DNA of 64,000 nt, taken from the NCBI GenBank assembly GCA_010909165.1, contig MU008171.1:434001-498000 (forward strand). Direction: 5' to 3'. The stretch is from Anthoceros angustus (taxonomy: Eukaryota; Plantae; Anthocerotophyta). Position 1 is the stretch's first letter; each line of letters begins with the position of its first letter. Shown here piece by piece: positions 1 to 11,989 of this stretch. The position numbers and the translations under genes are program-made. Below the pieces are notes generated by a model. It was not told where the DNA came from. It was given only the letters and a program-made list of their open reading frames with translations, and ran no database searches.

Positions 1-1810
1 GTTGGGGGCTCGGTAGTCGGCGTTGGAGTAGGGCGAGAAGAAGTCGGCCCAGGCGGAGAGCTTCCGGCGGGCGCTCCAGCCGATGTCTCGGCACAGATCG
101 TCGGCGTGCTTGATGTGCAAGATGGAAATGCAGAGGCGGGACATGAAGCGAGTGGCAGCCGAGACGCAGGCGGTCCAGCTGCGGATTTCCGTCTCCATGG
201 CCGCCTTGCTCGGCAGCGGGCGGGCCAGCTTGCCTGCAAGCAGATGCGCCAGCCACCGCGCCCCAGCTCCGACGAGTGCACCGTGGACAGCCCTTCCTGG
301 TAGCCTAGGAACGCCATGGCCGGGATGTCGGGGTGGATCAGGCCCTGCTTGCAACGACAGAGTGGGGTCAGGCCGGGCCGGGGCGGGACGGACGGGGCGG
401 GCCGGGCCGGGCCGGGTGGGCAATGGGAGCAGAAAGGGGAGAAGGCGGGCGGGGTGTAGTTGCGCCTTACCTGTAGAGGGGGAGGAGGTTGTTGGAGCCG
501 GTGAGGCGGTCGCGGTAAGGTTGAGGGAGCAGGGCCCGGAGCTTGCCGACGCCGTCGTAGCCGGTGCACATGATGACAACGTCGGCTTCCAGGTGCGTGC
601 TGTGCTGGTCCAACAGCGTGATGCCGGTGGCGGACAGCGTCCATGAGGCAGCCTTGATGGGGCGGATGGCCCCGCTCTCCAGGCTGGTGAAGAAGGTGGG
701 AGGAAGCTGCGGCAGGATGCAGCCTGCCAGGTCCTCCAGCAGCGGGTGCTCCGGCCGCAGCAGCTTCCTGTAGGAGCATCCTTGTTCGCCCTTGCCTTTG
801 CCTTTGCCTTTGCCTTTGCCTGTTGGGTAGTGGAGGAGCAGTCCCCATTCCGCCACCCTGAACACCAGCCATCGCTGCAAATGCAAAGAGCATCCCCGAA
901 GCGCAGCTGAATTAACCCATACTGCCTACAAAGCCTGCGTGCCGAGCATGATCCGAGGAATGTGGTCACTCACCAGGGGCGCGCAGATGTGCTGCAGGGC
1001 GGACTGGAGGGGGCCCTGGCCGGGCTGGCGCACCCAGAATTGCGCGAAGCGGGTGGAGAAGAGGTGGCCCAGGGGGAGCACGCCCAGCACCACCTTGTTC
1101 GGGGGGCATAGCCAGTGCGCGCGTCTGAAGAGCAGGGTGCAGCCCAGCGCCGGGTTGGCGGCCGCTACTTCCAGGGCCACGTCGATGGCGGTCTTCTGGA
1201 ATCCCATCACCACCACGCGCTGCCCGGCCACCAGCGCGTGCACGCCCGCCTCGTCCAGCCGGGAGTAGTCCAGCGCGTGCAGCACTTTGCCTCGGAACTG
1301 GGAAGCAGCCTCAGCTTCAGGTTGAGCAGCGAGCATGGGCAGAGGGCGGGGCAGGTCGCTGAAGAGGCCGCAGCACAGGACGAGGAAGTGGAAGTGCAGG
1401 AGCTGGTCGTCCGCTAGGCGGACCTCCCACCCGACGGCCTCCTCCTTCTCGTCCACTTCCGGATCCCGCCACGCCGAGATGGCCTGCACCGAGCTGCCGA
1501 GGCGGATGCGCGGCAGCAGCTTGAAGGCGCTGGCGTACGAGTGCAGGTAGCTCTGCACCTGCTCCTGCCATGGATTCTGCTCCTGCACCTCCTCCGGCCA
1601 CGGGAAGTCGCTCATCTCGTACTGCTGCTTGGAGGTCTGCAGGCGGGCCGTGGAGTAGCTGCTGCTCCACACGCCGCCCACGCACTCCCGGGCCTCCAGC
1701 ACCGTCACCTCCCATCCTGCGCTTGCTGCCTCTTGTAAAACGTATTTGCAAGCCAGCAGCCCGCTCACTCCCGCTCCCACTATCCCCACTCGCCGCTTCC
1801 TCTTCTCCAT
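1..1810 (-). CDS. FMO1: Class B flavin-containing monooxygenase, FMO1 clade (3 exons; stop codon just beyond window start)
   Basis: GAGVSG FAD motif, FMO signature FRGKVLHALDY, MGFQKTAID NADPH site, CTGYDG, LPLYR|GLIHPDIPAMAFLGY and C-terminal HADDLCRDIG...FSPYSNADYR, all collinear with my recollection of Arabidopsis FMO1. GT-AG introns at 875-973 and ~353-466. Confidence 0.85.
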
Positions 1811-2406
1811 TCTTCCTCGACAGATCTACACTTCTACGCTGTCCCCAGCCTTCCGGAGCAGCACTGCCGTTGTGTGCAATGCCATCGATCCACGATCTCT
1901 TGCATGCTCATCTTCAGGAGGGACGCCCCACTACGTTTTTTTGTCTTGCGATCCTTCTCTGCATCACGAAGGAGCAGCTCATGCAGTGCACCAAACAGCG
2001 ATTGAAGATATTTCTTGCACACGACATCCATCCCATTGCGACTAGAATGTTCAGGAAGGGGGATACATGTGCATTTGCTTCCACGTTCTGCAGTAAATAG
2101 GCACGTCATTTCTAAAGATCATTTGAAAGACATCAGAAAAATCTACTTCGGAAGACAAGTGGAAGGTGCTCAGAAAAGGATGCGAAGTTTCATCAATTGT
2201 TTAAATGTCAATGCTGAAGCCTGCCAATCAGTTTAACAAATCTGACCCTCTCCAAGCAAAGGAGGGACCAAAAATGGAAAAATTGTGCGTGCAAAGAATC
2301 AGCTCCAGCTCCAATCTACAGCAGCAATACAGCAGCACTAACAAAACGCTGCAAACGTATACAAAATTTGCTACCAGATCACTATCTCCTACCAACAACG
2401 AGCCAT

Positions 2407-4485
2407 TTAGTCTACTTCCTCAATCTTGGGGCCAGCACCGCCGCCAACATTGCCGTCGTCAGATGCTCCATACTGTCCCGCGCCGCCTTCAGGTCCCGCT
2501 CCTCCAGCATACATCCTGGCGATGATGGGGTTGCAAATACTCTCCAACTCCTTCATCTTGTCATCGAACTCATCAGCCTCCGCCAGCTGGTTCTGATCCA
2601 ACCAGTGGATGGTCTGTTCCACGGCGTCCTCAATCTTCTTCTTCTCCGAAGCATCCAGCTTGCTACCGATCTTGTCATCCTTGATAGTGTTCCTCATGTT
2701 GTAGGCATAATTCTCGAGAGAGTTCTTCGAGTCAATCTTCTTCTTGTGCTCCTCATCCTCAGATTTATACTTCTCGGCATCCTGAACCATCTTCTCAATC
2801 TCTTCCTTGCTGAGCCTGCCCTTGTCGTTGGTAATAGTGATCTTATTTTTCTGCCCTGTTGTCTTGTCCTCCGCAGACACATTCAAAATACCGTTGGCAT
2901 CAATATCAAAGCAGACATTGATCTGAGGCACACCTCTGGGGGCAGGAGGGATGCCAGACAGCTCAAACTTCCCGAGCAAGTTGTTGTCCCGAGTCCTCGA
3001 CCTTTCTCCTTCGTACACTTGGATCAAGACACCGGGTTGGTTGTCGGAGTATGTAGAGAACACCTGCTCCTTCTTCGTGGGGATAGTTGTGTTCCTCGGG
3101 ATGAGGACAGTCATCACTCCTCCAGCGGTCTCCAGACCAAGGGACAACGGGGTTACATCAAGCAGCAACAGATCCTGCACCTTCTCATTTCCTTCTCCGC
3201 TCAGGATGGCTGCCTGCACTGCGGCACCATACGCCACAGCCTCATCGGGGTTGATGCTCTTGCACAGCTCCTTCCCGTTGAAGAAGTCCTGCAACAGCTG
3301 CTGCACCTTCGGAATACGAGTAGATCCTCCAACCAACACCACATCATGGATGGAACTCTTGTCCATCTTGGCATCCCTTAAACACTTCTCTACAGGCTCC
3401 ATACACTTTCTGAACATGTCCATGTTCAGCTCCTCGAACCGAGCACGGGTGATGGTGGAGTAGAAGTCAGTACCCTCATACAGAGAATCAATCTCAATCG
3501 TTGTCTGCGCGGTCGACGACAATGTCCTCTTCGCCCTCTCGCAAGCGGTCCTCAACCTTCTCAAGGCCCTAGGATTACCGCTGATGTCCTTCTTGTACTT
3601 TCTCTTGAACTCCAACACGAAGTGGTTCACCATCCGGTTGTCGAAGTCCTCCCCTCCTAAGTGTGTGTCTCCAGCCGTCGCCTTGACCTCAAAGATACCC
3701 TCCTCAATGGTCAGCAGAGAGACATCGAAAGTACCACCTCCCAAATCAAAAATGAGCACATTCTTCTCGCCCACGCTAGCCGCCTTCTTGTCCAAACCGT
3801 AGGCGATGGCAGCCGCCGTCGGCTCGTTGATTATTCTCATGACGTTGAGTCCTGAGATCACGCCCGCATCCTTGGTCGCTTGCCTCTGAGAGTCATTGAA
3901 GTAGGCGGGAACGGTGACAACTGCGTTCTTCACAACAGTCCCAAGGAAAGCTTCGGCAATCTCCTTCATCTTAGTCAGGACCATGGACGAGATCTCCTCT
4001 GCGGCAAAGGTCTTCTCCTCGCCCTTGTACTGAACACTGATCATCGGCTTCTCACCAGGCCCGGAAGAAACCTTGAACGGCCACAACTTGATGTCACTCT
4101 GGACAGAGGGATCAGAATATCTCCTTCCGATCAGCCGCTTCGCATCTGGAAGACGCACACACCAAGGAAACTTCAGGACAACCACGTCTTCCAGATCCGC
4201 AAGAGCAACACCACCGCACATGCAAAAGAGAAGACGGAACACAAGAACCAAAACCAGAGGCGGCAGCTTACCAAAGACGGTATTGATCGGGTTCATCGCC
4301 ACCTGGTTCTTGGCAGCATCACCAATGAGACGCTCCGTCTCCGTGAAGGCGACATAAGAGGGCGTGGTGCGGTTACCCTGGTCATTGGCTATGATCTCCA
4401 CACGGTCATGTTGCCAGACTCCGACACAAGAGTAGGTTGTTCCTAAGTCGATACCGATGGCAGGGCCTTCGCCCTTTCCCGCCAT
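2407..4485 (-). CDS. HSP70: Cytosolic heat shock protein 70 (2 exons, intron 4146-4271)
   Basis: [33 protein letters not shown] and C-terminal EEVD. The conserved plant intron splits the Asp codon of NTVF|D; it is 126 nt with no in-frame stop, so the ORF track reads through it. Confidence 0.98.
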   Translation of the reverse strand: MAGKGEGPAIGIDLGTTYSCVGVWQHDRVEIIANDQGNRTTPSYVAFTETERLIGDAAKNQVAMNPINTVFGKLPPLVLVLVFRLLFCMCGGVALADLEDVVVLKFPWCVRLPDAKRLIGRRYSDPSVQSDIKLWPFKVSSGPGEKPMISVQYKGEEKTFAAEEISSMVLTKMKEIAEAFLGTVVKNAVVTVPAYFNDSQRQATKDAGVISGLNVMRIINEPTAAAIAYGLDKKAASVGEKNVLIFDLGGGTFDVSLLTIEEGIFEVKATAGDTHLGGEDFDNRMVNHFVLEFKRKYKKDISGNPRALRRLRTACERAKRTLSSTAQTTIEIDSLYEGTDFYSTITRARFEELNMDMFRKCMEPVEKCLRDAKMDKSSIHDVVLVGGSTRIPKVQQLLQDFFNGKELCKSINPDEAVAYGAAVQAAILSGEGNEKVQDLLLLDVTPLSLGLETAGGVMTVLIPRNTTIPTKKEQVFSTYSDNQPGVLIQVYEGERSRTRDNNLLGKFELSGIPPAPRGVPQINVCFDIDANGILNVSAEDKTTGQKNKITITNDKGRLSKEEIEKMVQDAEKYKSEDEEHKKKIDSKNSLENYAYNMRNTIKDDKIGSKLDASEKKKIEDAVEQTIHWLDQNQLAEADEFDDKMKELESICNPIIARMYAGGAGPEGGAGQYGASDDGNVGGGAGPKIEEVD

Positions 4486-4649
4486 TGAGATGATCGACTG
4501 GAAGAATGGAGAAGAGAAAAGAGAACAAGGGGAAGCGGGTGGGGCGCAACAGGGAGGGAACAGGCAAAGCTACTGCAGCAAGCAGGAAGACAAGGCACTG
4601 CAAGTGCGAGTGAGGGATCGAGAGCAAGGGAAGAGCAAAAGAAAGCAGT

Positions 4650-7122
4650 GAGGCGAGGGCTGCCGTCGGCTGCAACGGCTTAAAAACAGGAGGCCGAAGG
4701 CTCTGGAACTCCAGCCCTATTTCTTCCGCCCTAGTCTTCCTTTCCTCCCGAACCGAATGGGTGGCTCGGAACCGAGCCGAATGGAGTACTTCGGAAGCCC
4801 TTCTAGCTGCTTCCACGCGGCGGGATTGAATCTGAACCGCGTTCGTCCCGCCTCGCGCCCCGCCCCATTTGAGGCCTCAAAAACCGGAATAGTATGCATC
4901 CAATCCACCTCAACCACGTGTGTTAGGTGTGAATAATTTCTCTTAAATCTAAGGTGCTGATTTTGTTTTGCTTGGCTCCCTTGGTTTCCCCTTGTGCGCT
5001 TTGCCCCGGCTCCACTGTTTCCATAAGATACTGATTTTGTTTTTGCTCCGGCCCATGATCTTTTTTTCTTTCCCTTTTCTTCGTCTTTAAATAAAAGATA
5101 CCTTTGAATGCTTATGAACAATATATTAAAAAAATAAAAGAGTAGACGTTATTAATAGGCGAATGGGGAATCCCATCTACCCCTGAAGTCCGAGGAGGAA
5201 CAACCCAAAAAGGGCTAATAGTAAAAAGGGAAGTCCTAGTCCCCTCAAATGCCTTTCCCGTAACTACCTACTGCACCAATGATATCGTGATCAGGGATGA
5301 TGAAGGGCCTACCTACATCGGTGCCGAAGAAGCCGCTAGTCCTGCGCACGTAGCCGTCCTATAAATGTAGCCGCCGCAGAGCTATGGAACTCCAAAGAAA
5401 GCCACCACGGAGGAAAGGGGAGGCCCCTCCAATTCTATGGTAGTGATAGGCTTTGCACACCCTTAATTAACCTAGAAGTCCTTGCCCATAGCCCCATAAG
5501 TCTCGAGGGCGAGGGGATGAAAACATGGCCGCCTTGCATAAGAGAGTACTTGTGAGTCTTCTTGGTTGCACATCCTTCCGCCACCCGGGGTTGATGATGA
5601 CATGCTCGCTTATACAGTCTCTCGTGGGATCCGTGACAACCACATCAGCGATATAAATTTGCTCCCCCCTAGTATAAAAAAGGTCCGCCCTGAGTGACAC
5701 ACCATTACGCAATGTACATGGGTGCTCCCGTACGGAAAAAAACCGCTCTCCATAGTTATCGAAAACATGACGTCGTGAACGGCGTCATGCGTAGCAATAC
5801 GTTGCCCCCCCACGGGACAACGGGCCAAATGGGATCCGGAATCGTTGATGGCAGCTCCACAAATGCACGTGAAAAGAGAAGAGGCGAGGGCTGCCGTCGG
5901 CTGCAACGGCTTAAAACAGGAGGCCGAAGGCTCTGGAACTCCAGCCCTATTTCTTCCGCCCTAGTCTTCCTTTCCTCCCGAACTGAATGGTGGCTCGGAA
6001 CCGAGCCGAATGGAGTACTGGAAGCCCTTCTAGCTGCTTCCACGCGGCGGGATTGAATCTGAACCGCGTTCGTCCCGCCTCGCGCCCCGCCCCATTTGAG
6101 GCCTCAAAACCGGAATAGTATGCATCCAATCCACCTCAACCACGTGTGTTAGGTGTGAATAATTTCTCTTAAATCTAAGGTGCTGATTTTGTTTTGCTTG
6201 GCTCCTTGGTTTCCCCTTGTGCGCCCAGCTCCACTGTTTCCATAAGATACTGATTTTGTTTTGCTCCGGCCCATGATCTTTTTTCTTTCCCTTTCTTCGT
6301 CTTTAAATAAAAGATACCTTTGAATGCTTATGAACAATATATTAAAAATAAAAGAGTAGACGTTATTAATAGGCGAATGGGGAATCCCATCTACCCCTGA
6401 AGTCCGAGGAGGAACAACCCAAAAAGGGCTAATAGTAAAAAGGGAAGTCCTAGTCCCCTCAAATGCCTTTCCCGTAACTACCTACTGCACCAATGATATC
6501 GTGATCAGGGATGATGAAGGGCCTACCTACATCGGTGCCGAAGAAGCCGCTAGTCCTGCGCACGTAGCCGTCCTATAAATAGCGTTAGCCAGCGCTTTCG
6601 GCAGAGCTATGGAAACCCGCTGGCGAAAAAAGCCACCACGGAGGAAAGGGGGAGGCCCCTCCAATTCCTATGGTAGTGATAGGCTTTTGCACACTCCTTA
6701 ATTAACCTAGAGAAGTCCTTGCCCATAGCCCCATAAGTCTCGAGGGCGAGGGGGATGAAAACATGGCCGTCTTGCATAAGAGAGTACTTGTGAGTCTTGC
6801 TGGTTGCACATCTTTCCGCCACCCAGCCCGGGGGGTTGATGATGACATGCTCGCTTATACAGTCTCTCGTGGGATCCGTGACAACCACATCAGCGATATA
6901 AATTTGCTCCCCCCTAGTATAAAAAAGGTCCGCCCTGAGTGACACACCATTACGCAATGTACATGGGTGCTCCCGTACGGAAAAAAACCGCTCTCCATAG
7001 TTATTAAAACATGACGTGAACGGGCGTCATGCGTAGCAATACGTTGCCCCCCCACGGGACAACGGGCCAAATGGGATCCGGAATCGTTGATGGCAGCTCC
7101 ACAAATGCACGTGAAAAGAGAA
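4650..7122. repeat. Tandem duplication of a ~1.23 kb unit (4650-5880 and 5881-7122) containing the HSP70 upstream region and the retrotransposon 3' end
   Basis: Copies are near-identical and differ mostly by small indels. The junction has GAGGC microhomology (4650, 5881, 7123). Confidence 0.9.
4701..4813 (-). promoter_or_regulatory. Possible heat-shock elements upstream of HSP70
   Basis: Imperfect CTCtgGAActCCA at 4701-4713 and TTC triplets at 4790, 4801 and 4811 (about 10-bp step spacing), 200-330 bp upstream of the ATG. Matches are degenerate. Confidence 0.3.
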
Positions 7123-10100
7123 GAGGCCAGAGAATGAGCCAAACCGAGGCGGACCTCATCGCGGGTAAAAGGACGTGGTGCGATTCGAACGCCGAATGCA
7201 AGGCCGAGCCAAAAGCCGAGCTCGCCTGTCAGAACGCAGCGGGCCCGAAGACTGGAATGGAGGAGTCCAAGGAGGGCCTTTGCTCAGAATATTGCTTCTC
7301 CGGAGAGAGGCTTGAAGGCCACGCAACCCTTCCTTAGAGAAGAGGAAAAAGGAGGCATGGCTTCCTAGCCTCCGAGGAAAGGGGAGTCCCTAGCCCGCCT
7401 GAGAGAGACCTCGCAGGGAAGGCCCCTCCTCAACACTCGAGACGGCTTCTAGAAGGGAGTCTTAAAATTGGGCAGAGGGCCCAACTCCGAGGAAAGCCGA
7501 GCCGAGCCCATGGCCAAGAAGCCGCTAGTCCTGCGCGTGGCTCCTATAAATAGCGTTAGCCGGTAGCTTTCGGCTATGGAAACCGCTGGCCACCACGAGG
7601 AAAGGGGAGGCCCCTCCAATTCCTATGGTAGTGATAGGCTTTGCACACTCCTTAATTAACCTAGAAGTCCTTGCCCATAGCCCCATAAGTCTCGAGGGCG
7701 GGGGATGAAAACATGGCCGTCTTGCATAAGAGAGTACTTGAGTCTTCTTGGTTGCACATCTTTCCGCCACCGGCCGGGGTTGATGATGACATGCTCGCTC
7801 TGATCTCGTGGGATCCGTGACAACCACATCGCGATATAAATTTGCTCCCCTAGTATAAAAGGTCCATACTGGTGACACCATTACGCAATGTACATGGGTG
7901 CTCCTGCGGAAAAAACCGCTCTCCATAGTTATCGAAAACATGGCGTCGTGAGCGGGCGTCATGCGTAACATCGTTGCCCCCCCACGGGACAACGGGCCAA
8001 ATGGGATCCGGAATCGTTGATGGCAGCTCCACAAATGCACGTGAAAAGAGAAGAGGCCAGAGAATGAGCCAAACCAAGGCGGACCCTCATCGCGGTCGAA
8101 AAGGACGCTGGTGCGATTCGGGCAGCGAATGCAAGGCCGAGCCAAAAGCCGAGAGCGCGAGCGAGGCAGCGGGCCCGAACACAGGAATGGAGGTCAAAAG
8201 GAGGCCCCTTTGCGCTGTAAATATTGCTTCTCTGGAGGCTTGAAGGCCACGCAACCCTTCCTTAGAAAGAGGAAAAAGGAGGCATGGCTTCCTAGCCTCC
8301 GAGGAAAGGGGAGTCCTTAGCCCGAGAGAGACACCGAGGCCCCTCCTCAACACTCGAGACGAAGGCTTCTAGAAGGGGGGAGTCCTGCGGCTAAAATTGG
8401 GCAGAGAGGGCCCAACTCCCGAGGAAAGTTGCCGGAGCTGACGCCTCCATGGCCAGCAAGCCAGTGCCTCCAAAGGCCACTGGCAGTGATGCCTCTTTTC
8501 GCGCCAAGTCACCGTCAGTGCATTCGAAGGTGCCGGGACCTATAATGTTCCCAAGCGCCTATATAATCTGCTTATCAAAATGCCTCAAGCTTGATAAAAA
8601 GGCCGGGGATGGAGCAACCATCCTGGTAAGATAACATGGTCGACGCGCGAAGCAGGAAGACAAAATACCAAACGCAACCTGAGGGTGCCCAATTTGTGAA
8701 AGGTCCCCAATGTGAGCCGCGTCTTCTTCCAGAGCCACGTCCACAAACCGTTGAATAAAGTCAGGGGGGCCCAACGGAACTCCGAGGACCCGAAGCCCTT
8801 GCAGAGAAATAATATCCCCCCCTGGATAGTGAAGAGGGGGTGTATTGCCGGAAGGGGACCACACCCTGCACTTATTGATCTTGACCCTTAATCCCATACG
8901 GGAGAGCTCCAAGGAGAAGAGATCAAAGGCAGCCCTCACCTTGTCCCCTGGCTCGAGGATATGGGTATCGTCAGCCACGGATGGGAAAGGGCACTCCCGA
9001 AATGCAGAGGCTGTGGAAGATAGCGCCCTGAAGTGCGCCATGGCGAAGAGGGCGCCTCCCAATGGATCCCCTTGCCTTGTGCCCGTCACCGAGTGGAGAA
9101 CCGAAACGACTTCCGTAGCTGGACCATGTTGATAGTAGAGATTGGACGGAGAACCGTAGAAGGAGCGAACAAATGGAATGAGGCCCGCTAGCTGCCCACC
9201 TGCGTCCTTGAGTTCCGAGAAAATGGTGGCCCTAGACATAGTGTTGAAGGCATTCTCGACATCTACCTGTAGAGCAACCCAATATGGGTGAGACTCGAGG
9301 ACCGCTGGATATCAAAGGCCGCAGACTCACAACCCCCTCCCGTGGCAATCCCAAATTGGTGGGGGCAAAGGTGCTCCCGGAAGTGCTCTTGAAGTTGAAT
9401 CGCAATGCTGCGGCTGATGAGGCGCAAGAACACCTCTCCGACAAAGAATAGGGCGCCCCAATGGATCCCTTGCCTCAGCCCGCGTCGAGTGGAGAACCAA
9501 ACGACTCCGTAGGCTGACCATGTTGATAGTAGAGATTGGAGAACCGTAGAAGGAGCGAACAAATGGAATGAGGCCCGCTAGCGCCGGCCCTTGAGTTCAG
9601 AAAATGGTGGCCCTAGACATAGTGTTGAAGGCATTCTCGACATCTACTAGAGCAACCCAATATGGGTGAGACTCGAGGAGCTGGATACCAAAGGCCGCAG
9701 ACTCACAACCCCTAGGTGGCAATCCCAAATTGGTGGGGCAAAGGTGCTCCCAAGTGCTCTTGAAGTTGAATCGCAATGTCACGGATGAGGCGCAAGAACA
9801 CCCTCTGACAAAGAATAGGGCGCACCCACGAGGTTTCTCCAAAGCTAGTAACCCGCAAGCCCCAAGACCGGGAGATCGTGCGAGGGACCTCGCCCGCCAC
9901 CGAGTGGAGAACCAAACGACTCCGTAGGACCATGTTGATAGTAGAGATTGACGGAGAACCGTAGAAGGAGCGAACAAATGGAATGAGGCCCGCTAGCTGC
10001 CCACCTGCGTCCTTGAGTTCCGAGAAAATGGTGGCCCTAGACATAGTGTTGAAGGCATTCTCGACATCTACCTGTAGAGCAACCCAATATGGGTGAGACT

Positions 10101-10875
10101 CGAGGAGCGCCTGGATACCAAAGGCCGCAGACTCACAACCCCCTAGAGTGGCAATCCCAAATTGGTGGGGGCAAAGGTGCTCCCGGAAGTGCTCTTGAAG
10201 TTGAATCGCAATGCTGCGGCTGATGAGGCGCAAGAACACCTCTCTGACAGCAATAGGGCGCACCCCCGACGTAGGTTTCTCCAAAGCTAGTAACCTGCAA
10301 GCCCCCAAGACCTGGGAGATCGTGCGAGGGACCTCGGCTCTGGCCACAGCCGCCGCCTGAATGAAAAGCTATGAAAAACCACTAGATGGATCCTTTGGGG
10401 AGAAATAATCTCGAAGGTGGTCATAAACTGTCCCTGACAAACCACCCGAGGAGAGTGGGGGGAGAGGCCCCACCAAAACCGCCTGCCTAGACAAAAAGCT
10501 CCTCGAAGTCGAAGGTATCCTGAGGAATGCTGTCACTGGGGGCCGGATGAAGGGCACGGAGTGCAGCGATGGTGTCCTCGGAGGCCGACGCCACCGGCTC
10601 CGGGCGGAGAGCCCTAGTGGCCCGTGCGTACTCACCATTCCGACCCAACATATGACACCTTCGGAGACGCGCCTTACCAGGGTCCGGACAAACCTGGTCG
10701 ACCTTGGCCGACCCCAACCTAGATCTTGCCGCCAAAAGATCGTCCTCTTGTAGATCCTCCCAATCCCCCGCCCGAAAGCGGCGGAGGCAGAAAGCCACCT
10801 CCCTATGGCCTGAAGAACTGCCCCTAGAGCGCCGAAGACCACCTAGGAAGGAAAAGGAAAAGAGTCCAAGCTTCT
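5135..10875 (-). mobile_element. 5'-truncated CRE-like non-LTR retrotransposon (RT + Cys/His motif + restriction-like endonuclease), with internal tandem re-duplications and frameshifts
   Basis: RT motifs GVRPIAV.EVFLRL, QFGIA, DVENAFNTMSR, GTRQGDPLGG, VADD. C-terminal CICG...HLARC...HD and RADL...ADVVVTDP...K.HKY...FIPLALETYG (PD-D/ExK-type RLE). Flanked by identical TATTAAAAAAA at 5124-5134 and 10876-10886. Confidence 0.85.
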
Positions 10876-11989
10876 TATTAAAAAAATTGTAGTGACCATC
10901 TTACTATAGTCTGCGGTAGTGACTATTTAAATAAACAGAATTATTGTTATCGTTGTAAATCCCCCTTCCAACGAGAGGGTTTTTGTGACTTTGCTGGGTG
11001 AAAAGAGCTTGCATGAATTGTAGATTCCTTCGACGAAATTCTCTCTAATTTTCAATTTTGAAATCATGTTAGCTTCGTTCGTGCTTTTTCATGGGCTTGG
11101 TTTCTGTTCATATGGTGTCTCAAGGGGATTATACGATAAATTTCATCATACATAACATTTCAATCAAAACACCAAGAGACCTATGGAACATAGAATCAAT
11201 TAGTACCACAGCTTTCAAAGGTTGCGCGCACTTAGCTTAAAATTTTGGAATTTTTTACGTTTTTGTATTTTTTTATGTTTTTGTTATTTTAAAGGGTTCC
11301 TTTAGGCGTTTTCAACCGTTTTTGTGCACCTCCCTAATCTAGATATGTCATCATCTTGACTTAGCCCTCATCTTTTTTCCAGTGATTAAAACTTCAAACT
11401 AGTTATGAGAACCTTTCCATCTTTTGAATCTTGAGAGGTTTGGCATGGGCCCAGCTCCAAGTGCAGACCATATCAATCTCATTTTCACACTACATACGGA
11501 TCAAGAGCATCAGGTCAACGAAGATATTGTCGTCCCAATGTCTGAGAAACGAAGTCTTGAAGAAATCCCTGAGCGAGAGTGTAGTCTTAGGATTGACTAG
11601 TATGAGTGAAAGGTTGGTGCGTTGCGCACCAAAATCAGAGCACGAGTTCTAAAAACTCTAAATGTTTAAACGTACACGTGCAGGTTGTGAGAATGACTCA
11701 GAATTGGATAGAAGGCTCAGTATTGGATAAATTTTAAAATCAAATATGTTTATGCATGTGTAAATAAGACCTAAACTCTTCAAAACGGCCATTTGTAGTG
11801 TGGATTTTTTAGCATGCAATTTGGGGTTTGTGGAAGTTCGTGTGCGAAAAGGGGTTACTGGAGAAACCCCTTTCTACCTAGATGCTGTATTTTCTAATTA
11901 TACAAAGCCAGAAAGCACGTCTTGCACACCAGCTTTGTTGACTTTGGATAGAAGGCTCGATTGGATAAATTTTAACAGCTCGATAATTT

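Noticed and set aside
368-420. (GGCCG)n GC-rich run in the FMO intron as a G-quadruplex
   Set aside because: It is a simple pentamer microsatellite, and there is no evidence of function from sequence alone.
2368-3381. 337-aa plus-strand ORF (and other ORFs antisense to HSP70)
   Set aside because: This is the well-known antisense shadow ORF of HSP70 genes caused by codon bias; there is no independent support.
4146-4271. Apparent 42-aa insertion in the HSP70 ATPase domain
   Set aside because: It is the conserved plant HSP70 intron with canonical GT-AG ends; it is stop-free and in frame, apparently by chance.
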